Both the position numbers and the translations under genes were made by a program. This document shows positions 55,866 through 60,028 of a stretch of DNA of 60,028 bases, piece after piece (the stretch's first letter is position 1; each line of letters opens with the position of its first letter). The stretch is from Eubacteriales bacterium (GTDB lineage Bacteria; Bacillota; Clostridia; Oscillospirales; CAG-272): positions 1 to 60,028 of the forward strand of contig JBGVIN010000069.1 in the NCBI GenBank assembly GCA_045123255.1, read 5' to 3'. Under the pieces are notes generated by a model. That model was not told the DNA's origin, did no database searches, and was given only the letters and a program-made list of their open reading frames with translations.

Positions 55866-57140
55866 ATGCAACAAAAAAAGGTTAACTTATCAACCTTTGT
55901 TTTATCAATAATAGCAACGGTTTTGATTACGTTTTTAATTACGTTTTCGGGCACGCAAATTGCAAACTCGCTATCAGCGCTTATAAGCGCACATAGAAAT
56001 ATCGGCTCAATCAGCACTCAAATTGACGCCTTGCAAAGTCAATTGCCGAAGGAAAAACGAAACCCCGAGCTTTTCAAAACGCTTGCAATGGTTGATTATC
56101 TATATCAAAACGGATATATAGGCGACGTTGACAATGAGGACCTTACTTATTTCCTTGCAAATGCGTATATAGCATACGTTGGAGACAAGTACGGGGTTTA
56201 TTATTCCCCCGACCAGGTTGACGCGCTTTTTGGCGGCTTTGAGGGTGAGCTTTCGGGCATTGGCGTTTATATCAAAGCCACGCTTGAAGGTGACGGAATT
56301 AAAATTTTCGCGGTTATGGACGACTCCCCTGCAAGCGATGCAGGAATAAAAAACGGCGATATAATAGTTGAAATCGACGGCACAGTCGTTAAGGACGTTG
56401 GCTATGACCAAGCGGCGGATATGATCACGGGCGAAAGCGGCTCGGTTGTTCGCTTGAAGGTTTTAAGAAACGGTGAAGCGGTTGAAATTGACGTCACACG
56501 CCGCAGCTTCATTTCACAGTCGGTATTTTATCATAAGTACGCGCTTGATGATACGGTCGGCGTAGTACGCATTATGGATTTTAACCAAAACACACCCGCG
56601 CAGTTTGAAAACGCGGTAAATGGGCTTCTTGCGGACGGCTGTACGTCACTTGTGTTTGACGTGCGCTCAAACGGCGGCGGCACGCTTGACTCGTGCATTG
56701 AAATGCTTGATTTTCTGCTTCCGTACGGAGTTATAGCTTATATTACGGATAAGGATGATAACGTTGTCGAAACACATTATTCACAGGACGGCGGAATTGA
56801 CGTTCCTATGGCTGTTTTGGTTGACGGAGGCACAGCCTCAGCCGCTGAGCTTTTCACCTGTACCTTAATGGATAGAGTGGGCGCGACGGTGGTTGGCACA
56901 AAAACGTACGGCAAGGGCTGTATGCAAAATATACTTTCGCTCCCGACAGGCGGCGCGCTAAAATACACGACGAACCTGTTTAGATGTCCAACCTCGCCAA
57001 ACTTTGACGGCGTTGGAATTACTCCAAGCATTTACGTGGAGCTTTCAGAAAACAATATCGGCAAAAGCTATTTTGAAATTTCCGATGAGGATGACAATCA
57101 GTTAAAGAGTGCACACGACGCACTGAAAAATAATAATTAA
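55866..57140 (+). CDS. ctpA: S41 C-terminal processing protease with PDZ domain
   Basis: N-terminal TM; GIGV and SPA..AGI..GD PDZ; DVRSNGGG, TASAAE (Ser), TYGKG (Lys). Confidence 0.9.
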   Translation: MQQKKVNLSTFVLSIIATVLITFLITFSGTQIANSLSALISAHRNIGSISTQIDALQSQLPKEKRNPELFKTLAMVDYLYQNGYIGDVDNEDLTYFLANAYIAYVGDKYGVYYSPDQVDALFGGFEGELSGIGVYIKATLEGDGIKIFAVMDDSPASDAGIKNGDIIVEIDGTVVKDVGYDQAADMITGESGSVVRLKVLRNGEAVEIDVTRRSFISQSVFYHKYALDDTVGVVRIMDFNQNTPAQFENAVNGLLADGCTSLVFDVRSNGGGTLDSCIEMLDFLLPYGVIAYITDKDDNVVETHYSQDGGIDVPMAVLVDGGTASAAELFTCTLMDRVGATVVGTKTYGKGCMQNILSLPTGGALKYTTNLFRCPTSPNFDGVGITPSIYVELSENNIGKSYFEISDEDDNQLKSAHDALKNNN

Positions 57141-57161
57141 TCAAAAGGTAGGTATATAAAA

Positions 57162-57644
57162 ATGGCAGAACAAAAGACAAAATATACAAAAGAAGGCTTT
57201 CAAAAATTAATCGACGAGCTTGAATTTTTGAAGGTTACTCGCCGTCAAGAGGTAAAGGAGCTTTTGAAGGAAGCAAGAAGCTTTGGTGACCTTTCCGAAA
57301 ACAGTGAGTATGATGAAGCGAAGAACCAACAGGCACAGGTAGAGCATAGAATTGCCGAGCTTGAATTCCTTATCAAAAACGGTGAGGTTGTTTCTGAGGA
57401 AAATGTTGATAAAAACGTTGTTTCCATCGGCTCAACCGTTACAATTAAGTATGAGGACGGACGTGAGGTTACCTACCAAATTGTCAGCTCAAACGAGGTT
57501 GCTCCTCTTGAAAAGAAGATTTCAGACTTATCTCCTATCGGTATGGCTCTCGTTAGCCACAAAAAGGGCGAAAGCGTAACTATCGTAACACCCGCAGGCG
57601 AAAAGGAAGCAAAGATTATTAACGTTGACAGAACTAAGAAATAA
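57162..57644 (+). CDS. greA: Transcription elongation factor GreA
   Basis: ARSFGDLSENSEYDEAK, ISDLSPIGMAL. Confidence 0.97.
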   Translation: MAEQKTKYTKEGFQKLIDELEFLKVTRRQEVKELLKEARSFGDLSENSEYDEAKNQQAQVEHRIAELEFLIKNGEVVSEENVDKNVVSIGSTVTIKYEDGREVTYQIVSSNEVAPLEKKISDLSPIGMALVSHKKGESVTIVTPAGEKEAKIINVDRTKK

Positions 57645-57654
57645 GGAAAAGAAA

Positions 57655-59181
57655 ATGGCAGACGTAATTAACAATGAAAATGTAGCCACAGAGGAAGACC
57701 TCAGTGAGCAAATGATTATAAGAAGAGAAAAGCTAAAAGCTCTTCAAGACGAAAATAAGGACCCATTCACCATTACAAAGTACGACGTTACACACCTTAG
57801 CCTTGATGCAATTGCACTTTTCGAGGAAAAGGAAGCAACACTTAGTGAGGGCGAGGAAATAGTTGTTCGCGTTGCGGGCAGAATGATGTCAAGAAGAATT
57901 ATGGGTAAGGCGTCATTTGCACACCTTGCGGACGAAGCAGGAAAGGTTCAGCTTTACGTTTCAAAGAATGACCTTGGCGAGGATGACTACGCAGGCTTCA
58001 AGAAATGGGACATCGGCGATATTATCGGCGTAGAGGGCGTTCTTTTCAGAACGAGAACAGGCGAGGTTTCAATCCACGCAAAGAGTGCGGTGCTTCTTGC
58101 AAAATCACTCCGTCCACTTCCTGAAAAATACCACGGACTTACAAACCAAGAGCAAAGATACAGACAAAGATACGTTGACTTGATAGTTAATCCCGAGGTT
58201 AAGGATACCTTCTACAAGCGCTCACAAATTTTAAGAGAAATCAGAAATTACCTTGACTCCAAGGGATTTTTAGAGGTTGACACACCAATTCTTGTACCAA
58301 TGGAAATCGGCGCGTCAGCTCGTCCCTTCAAGACACACCATAACACACTCGACCTTGATATGACACTCCGTATCGAAACAGAGCTTTACTTGAAGCGCCT
58401 TATCGTTGGCGGTATGCACAAGGTTTACGAGGTTGGTAGAATTTTCAGAAACGAGGGTATGGACACAAAGCATAACCCCGAGTTTACCTCTATCGAGCTT
58501 TACCAAGCATTCACCGACTATTACGGTATGATGGACCTAGTTGAGGAAATGTACAAAATGTTAGCAAGTAAGGTTTGCGGCTCAACCGTAATTACATACC
58601 AAGGCACAGAAATCGACCTTGGTAAGTGGGAGCGCCTCACAATGGCAGAAAGCGTTAAGAAGTATGCAGGCGTTGACTATAACGACTGGGCAACAGACGC
58701 TGACGCTCGCGAGTGCGCAAAGAAGCTCCACGTTGAGGTGTCAGACGACGCAACAAAGGGCAGAGTTCTTATCGAAATCTTTGACGCATACGTTGAAGAA
58801 AAGCTCATTCAACCAACGTTTATCTACGATTACCCTGTTGAAAACAGCCCACTTGCAAAGAGAAAGCCCGAAAATCCCGCATTTACCGAAAGATTTGAGT
58901 ACTTTATCAATGCAACCGAGTACGGCAACGCGTTTAGCGAGCTAAACGACCCGATAGACCAAAAGGGCAGATTTGAATACCAGGTTGAGCTTAAACTCAA
59001 AGAAGAGCCCGACTCCAAGGCAGAGGTAGACTACGACTACGTAACCGCCCTCGAATACGGCATGCCCCCAACAGGCGGCCTCGGCTTCGGTATCGACCGC
59101 CTCGTTATGCTCCTCACCGACTCCGCATCCATCCGCGACGTACTCCTGTTCCCAACAATGAAACCTTTGGCGGATAACTAA
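57655..59181 (+). CDS. lysS: Lysine--tRNA ligase (class II)
   Basis: LPEKYHGL, YRQRYVDL, FRNEG..TKHNPEFT, ERFE, YGMPPTGGLGFGIDRL; start ATG at 57655. Confidence 0.98.
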   Translation: MADVINNENVATEEDLSEQMIIRREKLKALQDENKDPFTITKYDVTHLSLDAIALFEEKEATLSEGEEIVVRVAGRMMSRRIMGKASFAHLADEAGKVQLYVSKNDLGEDDYAGFKKWDIGDIIGVEGVLFRTRTGEVSIHAKSAVLLAKSLRPLPEKYHGLTNQEQRYRQRYVDLIVNPEVKDTFYKRSQILREIRNYLDSKGFLEVDTPILVPMEIGASARPFKTHHNTLDLDMTLRIETELYLKRLIVGGMHKVYEVGRIFRNEGMDTKHNPEFTSIELYQAFTDYYGMMDLVEEMYKMLASKVCGSTVITYQGTEIDLGKWERLTMAESVKKYAGVDYNDWATDADARECAKKLHVEVSDDATKGRVLIEIFDAYVEEKLIQPTFIYDYPVENSPLAKRKPENPAFTERFEYFINATEYGNAFSELNDPIDQKGRFEYQVELKLKEEPDSKAEVDYDYVTALEYGMPPTGGLGFGIDRLVMLLTDSASIRDVLLFPTMKPLADN

Positions 59182-59185
59182 GGCT

Positions 59186-59264
59186 GAAAACCCTTATACT
59201 ACAAGGCTTTTCGGACTTTTAGGTTCTTCAAAAATGGATACCGGATACCAATTGGATACCAATT
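59186..59264 (+). mobile_element. Putative att-site remnant of an element integrated at the lysS 3' end
   Basis: AAACCCTT-ATACTAC-AAGGCTTT imperfect inverted repeat right after the stop, then GGATACC x3 (GGATACCAATT x2). Confidence 0.45.
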
Positions 59265-59289
59265 CACCGGGAAAAATAATTAACAAAAT

Positions 59290-59324
59290 ACCCATACGAC
59301 CAAAATCGTATGGGTTATTTTTTT
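59290..59324 (+). terminator. Intrinsic terminator after lysS
   Basis: ACCCATACGA/TCGTATGGGT stem plus T-run. Confidence 0.8.
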
Positions 59325-59495
59325 GTATGCCAAACCCTCTCTCCCAGACACCTATATGGAGCTCCACAAAGCCCATTTTCAAACCTTGTTTAATAGCTTG
59401 ACAATTTATATTCAACTCCCTCTCAGAGCGATATTGGGCTCCTGTGAACTCCATCTTTCAACCTGCTAAATTAAACAAGAAAAGGTGTAAAATAT

Positions 59496-59810
59496 TTGTA
59501 TGCAACTACAGATATGAAGGACCTTGTTACCATTTCGTTTCCAAACGATGAGACTGTTGTGGATCTTTATGTGTATGAAGATTCTTTATATGCACTATGC
59601 ACGAGAATGAATGATGGCGGAGAATATGTGGTTTCTGTTTGGAAAAATAAAGCAAGTGAAGCTAAAGAATTTGTAGAGCTGTTTAATTTTACTTATGATG
59701 CAATTCCGATCAGTTTGGCAATCGACAAGAGTGGTGTGTACATTGGAATAGGAAACCGTCAGATTCCTTTTGAAAAGAACGGAATGGTTCTTTGGGTAGA
59801 GTATTCATAA
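59496..59810 (+). pseudogene. Probable 3' fragment of a beta-rich protein gene
   Basis: Protein-like composition but no clear RBS/ATG start; in-frame stop only 8 codons upstream of the TTG. Confidence 0.45.
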
Positions 59811-59834
59811 AAGCATATGCCAACAATAAAGAAG

Positions 59835-59856
59835 GCAGGCACCCTCGGGTGCCTGC
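59835..59856. terminator. Hairpin between convergent genes
   Basis: GCAGGCACC-CTCG-GGTGCCTGC. Confidence 0.7.
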
Positions 59857-59878
59857 AAATTTTTATGTGTGGTTTCAA

Positions 59879-60028
59879 TTAGCCGTCGAGGCATGCGTCG
59901 TTTACAAAAACGACTGCCGTGTAGGCGGGAACGGTGATGCTGCCAGTTACTGCCTCGGGAGCATCCATAACGTCAACACCGTTTACGATCATATGCCAGT
60001 TGCCGGAAACGTTGTAGGTCATCGCTTC
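59879..60028 (-). CDS. 3' end of a gene entering from beyond the window; resembles the C-terminal beta-domain of GH13 pullulanase/amylase
   Basis: Manual translation ...EAMTYNVSGNWHMIVNGVDVMDAPEAVTGSITVPAYTAVVFVNDACLDG*. Confidence 0.55.
   Translation of the reverse strand, partial: EAMTYNVSGNWHMIVNGVDVMDAPEAVTGSITVPAYTAVVFVNDACLDG

Noticed and set aside
59194-59454. 86 aa minus-strand ORF after lysS
   Set aside because: Runs through a terminator and the repeat scar; no recognisable family, at most a fragment

Overview
60 kb of ordinary chromosome from a Clostridia-type Firmicute (inferred from gene content, sigma-A promoters and CIRCE boxes; standard genetic code). In order: LRR surface protein; ddh; a SCIFF (ranthipeptide) precursor missed by the ORF track, its radical-SAM maturase and a translationally coupled Orn/Lys/Arg decarboxylase; an atypical membrane-anchored cyclophilin with five inserted beta-repeats; a ~15.5 kb AT-rich Wzx/Wzy polysaccharide locus (with ATP-grasp, SLC13 transporter, DegT aminotransferase, rmlA, rmlB); an M20 amidohydrolase; a ~350 nt highly structured intergenic segment (candidate ncRNA); a five-gene MoxR/vWA operon headed by a 1067 aa acidic helical-repeat membrane protein; TIGR01440, gpmI, RluA, PiT; an amidase with an 18 bp VNTR; a large clan-A glycoside hydrolase lipoprotein; hrcA-grpE-dnaK-dnaJ-prmA-rsmE with three CIRCE-like boxes; a secreted protein sharing a C-terminal domain with the first gene; CdaR-type regulator, ctpA, greA, lysS; and an integration-scar-like region after lysS. 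No CRISPR array, tRNA, rRNA, transposase or integrase was recognised. The most notable unexplained signals are strand-polarised C-rich ramps pointing into the variable regions, the candidate ncRNA plus MoxR/vWA system, the split degenerate cyclophilin, the shared C-terminal surface-protein domain, and a hairpin mini-array with conserved linkers. All family calls come from motif recognition, not database searches.
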